DNA of 61,822 nt, the filler included, from Sluysia triapertura (Eukaryota), in NCBI GenBank assembly GCA_046118255.1. It is 5 parts of 5 records of this genome, joined end to end, with 100 filler letters (N's around TTAATTAATTAA, not from the genome) between each part and the next. Parts side by side here need not be neighbours in the genome. Positions count along the whole stretch, not along the records: positions 24,744 to 36,979 come from JBJNIA010126964.1; positions 37,080 to 49,548 come from JBJNIA010105763.1; 3 more parts are not named here. One strand, 5' to 3'. The translations under genes were made by a program, and so were the position numbers. A model generated the notes under the pieces. The model made no database searches, was not told the DNA's origin, and saw nothing but the letters and a program-made list of their open reading frames with translations. This document shows positions 24,644 to 37,754 of the stretch, one piece after another. Positions within the stretch are counted from its first letter, which is position 1. Each line of letters begins with the position of its first letter.

Positions 24644-24743
24644 NNNNNNNNNNNNNNNNNNNNNNNNNNNNNNNNNNNNNNNNNNNNTTAATTAATTAAN
24701 NNNNNNNNNNNNNNNNNNNNNNNNNNNNNNNNNNNNNNNNNNN
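24644..24743. other. Artificial contig-joining spacer
   Basis: 44N + TTAATTAATTAA + 44N. Confidence 0.97.
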
Positions 24744-25129
24744 ACTCGTAGGCTATATTAATATCAAGGGATCTAAGTCTAACGAGGATGAAGCCCTCAA
24801 AGATTTCAAATTAGTAAAGGTTAAGTATAGGTCAGGGCTCTCGCACCATAAGTCTCTTTTCACCAACCAGGCCTTGATCTATTATAAAACATCAAAACTT
24901 AAAACATTAACCCCTATAGTCATGATGTGTTAAATCCAAGCTACTGTGTGCATGAAGGAATGCCAGAAAAGATGTGAAATCAATAAATATGAGAAAAAAA
25001 TGAAACAATTAATTTGTATATATCAAAACATTCTGAATATTAGATCGAAAATGAAGTTCATCTATCGTGTTGACATAATGATACATGATTATTCAATTCA
25101 TGTCATATTCATCGTGTATTTTTCACGAT

Positions 25130-25648
25130 AAGCTGCCGAACAAGTTGTCAATTTCGAATTAAGACATGAGATTAAAACTGGGTCTACTTGGTCAATATGG
25201 ATCTCAATAGGTCAAGATTCCGTGTTGTACAAAGCGAAATCAATTTGGAAAGATCATGATCTCCATTTTGAGGAACTCTGATGGAATCTTGCATTTTGAA
25301 TGGTCGCGCTATGGACACTGAACTTTACTAAGACATGTTGCTAAGACAATGCAAATATTTAAGAATTAAATGGTGTGGAAGTTCCACCGCATTATCTTAG
25401 CACTGTCTATTCCGATCGATACAGCACTTTATGAAAGGTTGTCGATCTGAGTTTTGTAATGAAGTTGAAGAAACATCGAAAATTTCCCATTCAAAGCCGA
25501 AGAAGTGGTACTTTGATTAAATCCAAAAGCTTACAGATGGTTGACACAAGGTCATGGGAAATGACACTCTTTATTTTGCAGAATAGTTATTGTCTTTGAA
25601 TAAATATCATTATTTCAACAAGGCTCATGAACTTTTTCCTGAACCTAA
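25130..25648 (+). mobile_element. Decayed mariner transposase 3' half with right TIR
   Basis: Remnants GKIMISILRNSDG..HFEW and KPKKWYFD*IQKL...HKVMGNDTLYFAE*. Ends CATGAACTTTTTCCTGAACCTAA, similar to the 24386 TIR. Confidence 0.75.
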
Positions 25649-25670
25649 CATTAAAATAATTTAATTATAT

Positions 25671-26611
25671 TGTTTCTAATATTAAGATAACAATTGTTAT
25701 TATTATTGACATACTTTAGCTTTTGGAATTCAATTAATTTTCAGTTCCTCACACTCAATTTTCTAACGGAAAATGTTTAAGGTTCTCATTCCAAAACAAA
25801 CCATTTCACAAACATCTCAACCTCATTTTAGATTATCTTTAGATTCTAAATATGAAAAAATCAACATTAATTAAAACTTAATTAAAATTTGATCTTGCTC
25901 AGTATGGAGGCTTTCCTCGCAAGAAATCGATCAAATCTTATCTTCATCGAAAAACCCCTTTAATACAAATATTAAACACATTTACAATTGTACATAGAAT
26001 TCCACATTCAAAAGTTATTCACAAAAACTTAATTTTCCTTAATTAGTTTAATTAAGATTTTAAATTAATTAATTAATTTAACTTAATTTTATTTTGTTTA
26101 AAGGTTTTACTGTGGTTACTAAGTTGTTAGATATTTTATAAGGTACTCAGGGGTTTCTAGATGTTTTCACCTTTTTTATGTTAATTATTAATTTATCTTT
26201 AATATTATTAACCATGATTTTAGTTACTAAACATTTTAAAGGTTTCAAATACTTTACAATTTTAATCCAATGTGTTTCAAAGGTTTATTAAGGTCTCGAA
26301 AACATAACAGATTCCTAAATATCAACAAGATCACAAATGATTCTAAAGTTCAGAAGTTCGTAGGTATCTGCAAACATCTTTCTTAAGGCTTCATAATGGT
26401 CTTAATACCCTACAAAAGTCTTTGGAATTCCAGGTATTCTTCGGTTTCAAAAGAATATTAAACATTTTCTTCTTCCTCATTCTTACTCTAGCAATATTTA
26501 ATTACGCTTGTATTATTAAGTTTGGGATATTTTATATCACTTTTTCCTACGTATTATAAATTCTCTAAACTTTTAACCTATTATCTACTCACCAGTTAGG
26601 TAATCCCAACA
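25671..26611 (-). mobile_element. Candidate solo LTR of the TGTTGGGATT repeat family
   Basis: ATAT|TGTT ... AACA|ATAT. The minus strand starts TGTTGGGATT and shares GAATA..TGG.ATTCCAAAGAC with the 61626 copy. The left boundary rests only on a low-complexity 4-bp TSD. Confidence 0.5.
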
Positions 26612-26836
26612 ATATACATTATTCTTTTCTACTTGGTTAAATAAGAATTGTTCCCATTATTTTCAACACATGAAACATTATCATTATTATTTTGAACAAT
26701 CTAAATTCATTATATTCTTTATCTTTAAGATTTTATTATTACATTTATTACTTTTGATACTTCTTCCTAGTACCGCATTCGGTATTATATTAATATGACG
26801 TAGGAGTTCGACATAGTACCCTTATAAATGTCTAAC

Positions 26837-27211
26837 CCGAATAAATGATTAAACTCAAGCCCAGCTCCATTGATAGTCCAATTATGTCGTCTGTCGCGAT
26901 CGTGGAGGTGGTTCCTCTTACTGGTCAAGACTGTAAGGTGCTGCATGTCTCTCCAACCCAAATTTGGGTTAGCTTCCAATGCCAGTGCAAATACTGCAGC
27001 AGCTTCGGGAGCAGCAGCACTGGTTCCAGAGTGGTGTAAAGTACAGCGTCCATACAAATCAACCGTACCTACTCCTGCGTCAGCTGTGAACCATGCTTTT
27101 CCATTTGAGAATGTACTGGCCAACGTAGAAGAACAAGATTCGTCGTAGGACGCAGTTTCTCCATCATTTGTAGCAGAATTGATACTAATAGTCCACATGC
27201 TTGCTGCGTAT
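26837..27211 (-). CDS. PCSK2: Neuroendocrine convertase 2 (PC2), catalytic-Ser exon
   Basis: YAASMWTISINSA...HSGTSAAAPEAAAVFALALEANPNLGWRDMQHL...NGAGLEFNHLFG. Acceptor ttaag, donor gttaga. P-domain exons are not in this contig. Confidence 0.97.
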
Positions 27212-29353
27212 CTTAACATTTATTATTTATACACAATATTGTAATAATTTAAAGAGTAAAATGTCCACACTATCAAAGAAAAAACCGTAAAGTGAAATTA
27301 TGGGACAGTCAAAATGGATCTTTAAACATTGAAATAAAATTTCTCACGCCTTTTGTAATCGTTGTTGAATCAATGTAGCGAATTATAATAAAAGGTTTAC
27401 TTTCTCTGTCAACTTTACAGAAAAATGTACATTTTTTATTCACGTTCTCCACGCGCAGCAGAAGTAGAGTGTTGCACATTGTCGAAATAATCAATACAAA
27501 CATCATAAAAAAACACAATACGACCGTCTACTAATGTAAATTGGAGGATTCGAGAGTAACTTATTCTTCTTTCTTTAGGTACGACAAACCATTTAATCGA
27601 AAGTATTTAAATATTTTTTGAATTTGTTAAAACCTCTTTATTTAATGTCAGAAATTTAATGCTGTTTTGATAATTAGACAAACTACAATATTAACAAACT
27701 CGTCACTTTTCCCGGTAGGTAACTATTCCTCATTTTGATATCAGCGTAATTAGTAAAGCATGCCTGAGTTTATCTGGTTCCAATTTTACTCGAATCTAAT
27801 TTATCATATTTTTGATTTTGTGGTGGCCAACCTATAACTGTTACAAATTTTATTCCACAATCATAAAAAACTAGATTAATCTTCAGAATCTACAATGCAC
27901 ATTTAAAAATTCATTAAAAAACATTTTACACATAGTTTAATATCAACATAATCAAAATCATATCTTTCGACAATGCACAGCTATCTTTTTAGAATGTACC
28001 AAAACCTGGGTTATAATTTATCTCCTCATTCTAACCTTCTCAAAACATTTTTATTTCACACTTCATAATATCAAAAACACATTCACTACCAAATTAACAA
28101 CTGACATTCAAGAATTCATTTAAATCACAACTTTCTAATACCCAAACTGTTCTTTCATTTAAAACATTAAAGAATATATAAAAAGTTCTTTTAAAACATT
28201 ATAAACTCACAACCTTTTAACATAAAGCTTCTAAGACACTTACAGTAAATTAAGAACTTCAAATATGTTGAGAATAAGAAAGAAATATTAGCAAGATCGT
28301 GTTTCTATGAGAACATTTAATCATAATATTCATAATATCACTGTTATTATTATTACTATCATCATTTTTAATTAGGTACTATTTTTAATAATCATTTCAT
28401 TAATGTACTAACTGTGTAACTACCATTACCATTAGTGACATCATTAATTCATAATTACAATTTATTATCACTACTGATAGTGGTTATTTATTCAACACAC
28501 AAAAAGATACATATTAGTTAACCTGCCATCAGTCCACAGGCATTTACTAACTATCAATGTTTTTTGAGTATTTTGATGACTGCTCAATTAAAATTATCAA
28601 TACGGTCTGCTTTTTGTGTTTTGATTGGGCAGCCACTCACAATATCGAAGAGATGTTTCGTCAAAATTTTATGTGGACAATAATTGCTAATGCATAAGAA
28701 TAAAATTCTTTTTTGATTTAGTTTAAAAAATATTATAAAATTTACGGTAGATATTTTAAGTTAAAATTTAAAAACAGCAATGACAATTAACAATAAACAA
28801 GATATGGAGCTTAGATTGAAAGCTCGTACAGAATTAATAAATCGTATGTCAATTGTAGAATCACACGCTTCAATGACAAAGCGTGATAAAGAAAATTTTG
28901 AAATAACCACTCTACTATTTGATGTTGTAACCAATCAAGAAGACATACACAAACAATGACAAAATGTTAATGAGCCATGTTATTTAATGCTGGTAATTAG
29001 AATAAAGTGATAATAATCATAATCATAATCATAAAATGAGAATAATAATAATTAATAAGCTGATAATAAATAAATTTAATAATAAAAATGCTTAAATGTA
29101 CATAAAAATCTTTTAATTCTTTCTTTATAAAAAAATAAAATGTGAAAGAACTGATAAAAGAATGTTTAAAGATGATAACGTAATTAAGGATGTTAAAGAA
29201 ATTCCATTTTGATTATATTGATGTTTTACAATAACTTTGAAATGTAATTTTAATGTTTTTCAATAATATTAATGATTTGAATGTTGAAAAATTGTGAACT
29301 TGAAATGTTTTAAATTAACTTTGAAATATACATTCGATGATTTTCGCTGTTAA

Positions 29354-29424
29354 CACATTATGAGCGGGTATTCTTAAGTGACAGTACATAAAACGGGTAC
29401 TAATACCCGCCCCGCTCATAATGT
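29354..29424. mobile_element. 71-bp piggyBac-like micro-MITE
   Basis: TTAA|CACATTATGAGCGGG ... CCCGCTCATAATGTG|TTAA: perfect 15-bp TIR plus TTAA on both sides. Confidence 0.85.
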
Positions 29425-29804
29425 GTTAATTATGAATTGTGAATTTAAAATTCTCTAAAGTATTAAAAATTTTAATGAGTCTGAAAAAGTAAAATGTGAA
29501 ATGTTATAAAATGTGATATTTCAAAAATTCAAATTCTACCTATACTTCTTTAGTTCCTGAATGAAATTTTTATTCGTATATTTAATTGTGACAGTATTTT
29601 TGAATATTAGCTTATAGTAAGAATAGATAATAGTAAGAATAGATAATTTAGGAACAAATAATTGGAACTATTTGCATTTATTTCTCTATTATTGTAATTA
29701 CGTTATATTGAATAAAATTTATTAATTTTAAAAAATTTAATGAAGTAATTGATTTCTTATAATAATAGTTATATAATAATATAATTCAATATATATAGGT
29801 ATAC

Positions 29805-30064
29805 CCGTCGCAGTTGCAATCATCAGCAGCTCCTCCATCACCAGACGCCCACACATATATACTTCCCAACCCTCCACGACCTGAATTGACACCTTCCACT
29901 ATAGCTCTCATGGTTTCATTTCGCGGCCCATCCACTGTCATTCCATCATCTGTTGGACCCCAACTTGCCGAATAAATCTGGATATTATCTCTGTCATGAC
30001 TCATGGCGGCTGCTTCAATCAGATCTGTCATGTAAGGCTGATCCAGCATTCGAAGCCCGGCAAC
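29805..30064 (-). CDS. PCSK2: PC2 exon (oxyanion-hole Asp)
   Basis: VAGLRMLDQPYMTDLIEA...YSASWGPTDDG...YVWASGDGGAADDCNCDG. SGDGG (Asp, not Asn) is diagnostic of PC2 versus furin/PC1. Confidence 0.97.
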
Positions 30065-30266
30065 CTATGATTATAATTTATCATTACATCACTTCTATAA
30101 TTAGTAATAAATATTTCTTGATCAAAATAAAGTATATTTATCGAAAGACAAAAAAGATATTTAAAATTGATTAATCATCATTTCTTGTCGAATATATTTC
30201 TTCTTTCTCGTGGTGAAATTAAACCAATTTTAAACAAATTTCATCGAATACTTTTAACGATCTAAC

Positions 30267-30496
30267 CTTCGAGTTGTATGCAACTCCGACTCCACAAATA
30301 CCATTATCACGTACTGCTGATATCTCACCGGCACACCGAGTTCCGTGACTGTTAAACCAGTCGTCTGTGTACCGTGGATACGGATATGGATCGTTACTAC
30401 TGAAATCATAACTACTCTCCGCGTTGTAGTTAGAAGCTAGATCTGGATGTAAATAATCGATTCCGTCATCCATTATTGCAGTTGTTACTCCACGAC
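30267..30496 (-). CDS. PCSK2: PC2 exon (catalytic Asp and His)
   Basis: GRGVTTAIMDDGIDYLHPDL...PYPRYTDDWFNSHGTRCAGEI...GVAYNSK. Acceptor gcaag, donor gttaga. Confidence 0.97.
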
Positions 30497-30702
30497 CTTG
30501 CAAAATGAATAAATCAACTAATAATTCGTGTTTAAAAAGGTTAATTAATTAATGAAATAATTTTATAAGTTTTGATATATTTATCAAATATATATATAAA
30601 TTATAAAAATATAAAATTATAAATTATAAATTATAATAATCAATAAAGACATTTTTACAAAAAATATTATTATTCAAGTAATATTAAAAATAAAATTTCA
30701 AC

Positions 30703-30902
30703 CCGTAATTCCTTGTTCCCATGCATCAAGAACATTTAGATCAAGGTCACGAACACCTTCTGCTTGTCCTGTATTTTTGATGTACCATTCCTTGCTGAAT
30801 AATGGATCAGTAGGTTCTTTGATTGGCGTAATCTTCTTGGAGTTCGTACCAGGAATTCCTTTCTTATCGATCTTTGGTAGCGGAACACGTCTCTTTTTGT
30901 AT
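30703..30902 (-). CDS. PCSK2: PC2 exon (start of mature enzyme); not in ORF track
   Basis: YKKRRVPLPK...EPTDPLFSKEWYIKNTGQAEGVRDLDLNVLDAWEQGITG. Acceptor tacag, donor gttgaa. Prodomain exons not found before the contig end. Confidence 0.93.
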
Positions 30903-33900
30903 CTGTAGTAAATATATCAAAATAGCAATTTTAAATGTTTCAATAGTATTATTTTTCTGTATAATCACAAAATTATCAACGCAAACGCTTTATCCTTTAA
31001 TTTTGTATTGTAATGCGATGAATCTTGAACCAATGAAAATCCAAATTCGAAAATTAAATTTTAAACCTGATAAACCAATCAGTAATCACGAAAATAACAC
31101 TCTGGTAACCTGAAGAAGGTGCAACTATGGTTATTGCATGACGTTATTAACAGCATTTCTACTTTGATCTCAAAATTATTTTATCGAAATATTCAATATT
31201 CGATGGTACAATTTCGATTTTATGTGCAATTTGAGAAAATCTTATCATAAAACAGATATTCTTATGAATTAGATTAAATGAATAAGTGCGATCAAGTAAT
31301 TACACAAACAAATCGAATTATCGAGACCCTTCTTAAAATAGTAAATTTTAATTAATTCTTAATTATGGAATGTTTCTCTGTTTGTTTTAAAATTACAATA
31401 TTAATAATTTGAGGTGTAAATTGTCGGCTCATAATTTAAACAGAATCTTAATAAACTAATAAACCAAACCAGTTTTCTGTGGTACACAAGTCAGACCACA
31501 AGCGCTCTGAAATCTTCGCACGATTTGACATAATTAAAGTAGACAATTATTTGGACAAATCAAAATCATAATAATCTAATTTATATTCCATGATAACAAA
31601 TATCAACTTGTCTAAGGTGTTTACATTTTAAATCTATTTCAAAATTGACTTTGTTCTGACACTATTCATGCGCCAATATTATTCAGTTAATTTAGAATAT
31701 TTACAACTTGTCCCGTCATCGTTATAGGTTCGAATACCTGTTTAATGACCTTCAACTCATTTAAATAAATTAATTAAAATCACAGGTTATTTAAAAAAAA
31801 GAAAATTTATCAAATATCAAAAAATTTAATTACACTTAGTATCATCACACATCTTTTGATAATTAAAAACATCAGAATTGAATAATTCTTATTAATCTAA
31901 GCTACATGGATTTATCAATTCAGCAACAGCTCGGATACTTAAATATTTTATTTTTATTTTGAGCAAATAATTTAAAATTATTCATCCAGAATCACGTTCT
32001 ATCCTCCATTGAAATATTTGTCATTATTCGTCGTGGTAATAATACCTAACAATATATTGGGTCCACTAAAACAACCAAGCACTGATTCTTGCCTTAGAAC
32101 ATCATTTTCTTCTCGACTTTTAGTTTCTCTAGCTAATTCCGTATTTCTTTCTTGCATAATAAGCCCTAATTTTTCTGGTTCTTCAAGAGCTTCCATCATA
32201 AATAATGTATGAGAATTTGTGCCAGTAAAATAACTTTTTATTTCATTATTTAATCTAGCCATCTTATTCTGCGACTTTTAATGAATCTTTGAAATTTTAC
32301 AAATTTTTAATATTTTAATAATTTGATAAGTTTTGATTAAAACAAAATATTAATCGATTGATATTTTAATTTATAGTTATTATATCTAAATTCATGAAAA
32401 ATGAAATATTACTATAATACAATACATGTATATATCAAGGAATTCGATTGTAACAAAATATTACAGGATGCCCAACTTGCACAAGATGGATTGCGTCTCA
32501 CAGATTATCTTATTAAAAAGGATAATATATATGTGGCCCGCGAATTAATCAGTGTCCATCAAATAAATAATGTTACACTATATTAATTACATTTTGTAAA
32601 TTAAAACATTGATGATACCATAAATCGGAAGATTTTGAATTATACAAAGAGCAATTTCTGAGTCGAAAGATATAGTTTGTGCGTGCTTTCTGTCACCATT
32701 CGATGTATTTTGTGCAGTAATTGGAGTTTTGCTTTATTTTGACTTGATTTTATTGAATTTATTGATTGCAGCTTCTACCAATCAAAAAGGGAATAACAAT
32801 GCAAACTAAACATTGTCATATTACTTTCCAAATGATGCAAATTAACAGCAGTTAATTCATTTTCAATTAATTTCAATTTTACAGTGACAAAATCTTCGAT
32901 TTTCGTGTCATTGTTTATTTTGTCTAATTCGAATTTTAATATAGGCTGTGTTTTTGATGAAGGACGGGAACACTTTCTAAAGGTATTGATTTCGGATAAT
33001 TTGCAAGAAATAATTTCACGATCATCTGGAAAAGAATAATTTCTGCATAAAATTATTTACTCTGCATTTTGATTACATCGAATATTGATTTGCTGTTTGC
33101 CATACATTTTAATATTCAGTACAATACAATGATGAATCAATATTTTTTTAGATCTCATCGTTCATTCAATGGAAAATTAGTGATTATTAGTAAATTTGTT
33201 AGTTGGAGCTATTGTACGGAGACAGAAATGAACTTCAAATAATACATTGTATTACTTTCGACATTTAATCAAATTTATTCATTTTGACTCTTCTTGGTCA
33301 CTTCTCATGTAAATGTTAAAATTTCCCCAATATAGTCGAATGACGCAAGTAGACAGATACATGACGATACTGCTTGAAAACTCTTTTTCTTTATTATTTT
33401 TTTATTTTAAAATAAAATAAAAATTACACACAAAATAAACACATTAATGTAGACATGGTATAATATTCACTCTGTTAAAATTAACAAATGATAAAAAATA
33501 AAAAATACAGTAAAGGTTTATTTCAAGTATAAATTAGTCGCAAAACATTGAAAAATTATTTTCCATAGCAATTTTCAAACAATATTTTAAAGAGTTGTAG
33601 AAGTGATATAAGTTATTGCAAAATTCATAATTGAAGCTGTTTATAACTAATTTTTACGTTATCTACATGGACGTGCTTTGCAATACTTCATCATTAAAAA
33701 CACTAATAAAACTCAATATTATACACTAAATCCAATATTATTTTATCACGAGCAAACATTTTTATTGATTTACCAAATTAAACAAATTTTAATTAAATTA
33801 ATTAACAAATGTGCTTTTAACTATTTTCTTTTAAATTTAACATTCGATCCCCAAGAGGTATCGTCACCGAGTTTGAAAATCTCTTCTTTCACTTGTGGCA

Positions 33901-36199
33901 ATCTTTAAAATTTTATGATACCTTTTCATGAGTCTAGCTAAATCCAGCTAAACCGTTAATTTTATTTGGTCTAAATTTGTTAGTATTCTTATTGCAAACT
34001 TTATTTAGTTTTGCCAGTATTGATATAAAATGTTTTTAACTTAGCCCAGTGTCAAAATGAGTTACAAGCCTCAATTTATCGTTATTACAATTTTTAAGAA
34101 TTTTAAAACTAATGCCAAATCACATCAGTTATATTACACATTAAAAATTTTAATGTAATTATTGAAAACCTTGTAAACTGTTGAAACAAAATAATTTATT
34201 ATTTTACTTCTTAATAAATGAAACTAAACATTAATAATGCAAATTCAATGAAGTCAATAATACCACAATAAATTGAATACAATCAATATAACAATTAGCC
34301 ACCATTGTCTTTTATTATTTGTTTAATTCCTTTTTTATTGAATCCATCACTTTTTTCCATCAAACGCTATCACCAATTCCGTCAATTTATCCATCTTGGG
34401 CTCGTAGCAAAAACTGATGTTGTGACTTTAATTTTACATCTTGACTATCTGGATCATTTGAGCCATGTAAATTTAACATTGTTGTTGACTATTTTCACTC
34501 GAAAGTGTTTATTACGAATTATTAATTTTGTCATGTGGAATAATATGATGCAAATGTATATATTCCGCTACCACACAAATTCGTAGTCATTAATAAATGT
34601 TATTGAAAATTCTTGATATTGTGAAATACACTCAGTAATCGATGAATAGTAATTGCTGGAGGATTATATTCACACTATAAATTACAAAGCTGAACAGATT
34701 TAACAACCGCAATTTGTCTAATAATTTGAATAATTTTCGATCTTTTTGTTATTTTCTTTTACTTTCAGATAATGTTGCTCGTGAGAGTGAAGAATCATCA
34801 TCATTTTACATCTGATGTTGTGTCCATAATCGCCCTTTGAGTTTGTGGTTGATGTACTTCAAGATTTATTTGTTGCAACAGCTTTGTATTCGCCAGTAAA
34901 TTTTCGATAATTAAAATTAACATTTATTTCGGTAATCGTATTACAAACATCAATTTCGTTACGTCTCAATTCAATGGGCTCGCCATTTGAGTATCAGTCT
35001 ATTTGAGTAGGTTCCGCAACAAATGTGCACGACATTTTCACACTATTAATTAACTGAACATGAGAAATTTCAAAATATTTTCTACTTTTGGTGATTGACT
35101 ATATTTAATAGGGGGAAAATTGATTATAAAAAGAATAGCATCTTCTTGTCGATATTCATTCACTTAAGTGATTTCATTGTAAATTTTAGGAATGCATTGA
35201 AAAATACCAGATAATTGAACTGATACTTTCTTAATAAACAAAGTTTTATTAATAAAATGTTTTATAAACACATTATTATTTTTATAGTAATAATTTACCA
35301 TTACGAAGCCAATAAAATTTGCCATTTGAATAAGAGTAACACCGAAATAAAGTGCTACTATTGATTGAATTAATTCATTACCTTTATTTTGTGTATACTT
35401 TCCTTTGTCATCTTTTGTGATATTCTTAATTTTAAATTTCCATATCATTTGCTGTTTCCATTTTATATGGGATTTTCTATAATTTTCCTTGAAGGAAATT
35501 GAAAACGAATCAATTTCCCGAAACAATAATGATAATTATAGTATTATCAAATTTTTCAATACATTTTTTGAAAGAGGGAGAACTAAATTTATTGTAAAAC
35601 TCATTTTGAAACATCCAATCAGATTAAAGTTAATTTACAATCTTAAATGAATTTAAATTAAATTTTATCATAAACATCACTGTGGTTATGTAAATGGTTA
35701 TATAAATAAATTTCTATTTATATAAACTTTTCATCTATTTAATAATGATTTAAATAAATAATAATAAAATTCCAATAATTCAATTGTTCATTAAAACTTT
35801 ATTGATTTTCTATATTTTCGAGCGAAATCTTTACATTTTTTAATTTATCAATAATTGGCCTTTCTAATTGTTTTATCAATATTTTCCCATTTCAGAAACA
35901 CTAATTTAAATTTATGTAAATGAAATAATTTCTTTTCTCACATTATGACACTGATTAATAATTAAAAAACATTGTAATAATTCATTAAATAAAGCATTTA
36001 ATGTTACAAAACTTTATCAGACTAATGGTCTTATAATAATGTGCCAATCCTTTTTAAAACGTATTTAGGTTTGTTAATTAATGTAAAATAATTTGTATTT
36101 TTTATTATTCCTTTTATATGCATAGTATAATTCTAGACAGCACCAGGCGGTAGACTTTTTCTTAGTCAAATCTTTCTAAGTTTACTCCTAATAATCTTA

Positions 36200-36570
36200 G
36201 GTCAGAAATTTTGCAACACAACTATTTGCCTTATCATCCACAATTGACCCATCTTTCTTTCCTCAAATTCTTTCTCATCTTCCAATTTTTTCTTTATCTC
36301 TCATATTTGCTTGTCCCCTTATTCAAATCATCCTTTTCCTTTTCTCCCTCAACTTATCTTGTTTCGACACAATCAGATGCTTCTGGTCGATTGCTTGATG
36401 AATTCCATGCTCCTTCTCCTCTTCAACCATACAAGCAATGTCCAAAATCCCCAGTACAACAAAGAAACACAAAGCATCTATCTCCAGGAGTCTATTTGGA
36501 TTATTCCGAAGAATGGTACCAACCAATTTCATTTGGAACATGATGATTTGAACATTTTCCAGTGACATTT
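36200..36570 (-). mobile_element. Possible decayed piggyBac transposase C-terminal fragment
   Basis: GC-richer island. LCFFVVLGILDIACMV resembles the piggyBac F..LLDIA..N block, followed by Cys-containing remnants; frameshifted. Confidence 0.35.
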
Positions 36571-36874
36571 ACACTTATTTACATAAGTATAATGTGATAA
36601 CATTGTGAGGGTGGTAATCGATGGTACTGATATTGTGACGGCCTACTGCGAACGAAAACATAAATTTGACATTTATTATATTATTTACATTTATTTGAAT
36701 TAAATTACATTTATTCATTTTTGTTATATTTATTTTATTATTTTATATTTATTTTATTATTGACAAATTGTAAATTGTATTTATTTATTTTTATTAAATT
36801 ATTTATTTTTATTATATTAAAGAAATAAAAATTAATTTTTAAATTTAACAAATCAGATAAATCATTTAAATTTT

Positions 36875-36979
36875 TGTTGGGATTGCCAAATTGTAGATCA
36901 GAAAATGAGTAAGAAACATATAGAACTATAAAATCAAGGAAGAACTTATACAAATTGATGGATTGAACATTATAAACAT
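36875..36979 (+). repeat. TGTTGGGATT repeat family copy (truncated by contig end)
   Basis: TGTTGGGATTGCCAAATTGTAGATCAG...ATGAGTAAGAAACATAGAAC...AAGGAAGA aligns with the 50610 and 61626 copies. Confidence 0.8.
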
Positions 36980-37079
36980 NNNNNNNNNNNNNNNNNNNNN
37001 NNNNNNNNNNNNNNNNNNNNNNNTTAATTAATTAANNNNNNNNNNNNNNNNNNNNNNNNNNNNNNNNNNNNNNNNNNNN
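36980..37079. other. Artificial contig-joining spacer
   Basis: 44N + TTAATTAATTAA + 44N. Confidence 0.97.
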
Positions 37080-37215
37080 TTGAATAAATATTTGAGTAGA
37101 AAAAACTCTGACAAATTATTTTCTTTATGAGGTTCAGGAGGAGAAACATGAGGTTCATTCACGAAACCCATGGGCTCGAAGGGTTCCTAGAAGTATAAAA
37201 GGTTGAAGACCCCTG
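37080..37215. mobile_element. One end of a hAT (Charlie-like) MITE
   Basis: Ends ...AAAAGGTTGAAGACCCCTG with GGTTC subterminal repeats. The other end is lost at the contig edge. Confidence 0.65.
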
Positions 37216-37754
37216 ATTTACAGTAAGTAATTAATGAAAATCTATAAAGATCATTAATAAAATATTTAATATGGGGTAAACTATTTGACACTAAATGAAA
37301 TTAAAGAAGTTTACATAGAAAATGTAAACATAAAATAATAATTGATTGGATATGAATTGACATTTTTTATGTGAATGTTCGAAGTGTGTTATTATCTCGC
37401 TCTAGTTTGATATTACCATATTAAAAATCTTATTACTTTACGAAAATATCTCCTATTTACATAATGCTTTTAATGATAATACTTAGACAATAATAAATAA
37501 TAGATGTTTCAACTAAGTACCCAAGTACAAAGAGGGTTTGAGTGAAAAACAATATTTAAATTCAATCTTTAAAGGGATAGCAAATTTTTAAATTTCAAAA
37601 CCTTCACACATCCTCTCAAACCGCAAATATTCCGAAATTCAACATTAATTAATTTTATAATTAAACAATTTTAATTAAAATAATTTATAAAAATTTTTCA
37701 TTTTTATTTTTAAATAATAGTAGTAGATATATTACTTACTATTATTAATATCAT

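Noticed and set aside
23272-27211. PC2-PFK fusion, nesting or operon (same strand, complementary missing halves)
   Set aside because: An artificial spacer at 24644-24743 separates them, so they are on different contigs.
34340-34520. DNA-transposase remnant (ATS...DGIG) on the minus strand; similar faint traces at ~21850-22630, ~33650-34100, ~48300-48950 and ~57600-57800
   Set aside because: Too degenerate to assign a family or boundaries without a search.
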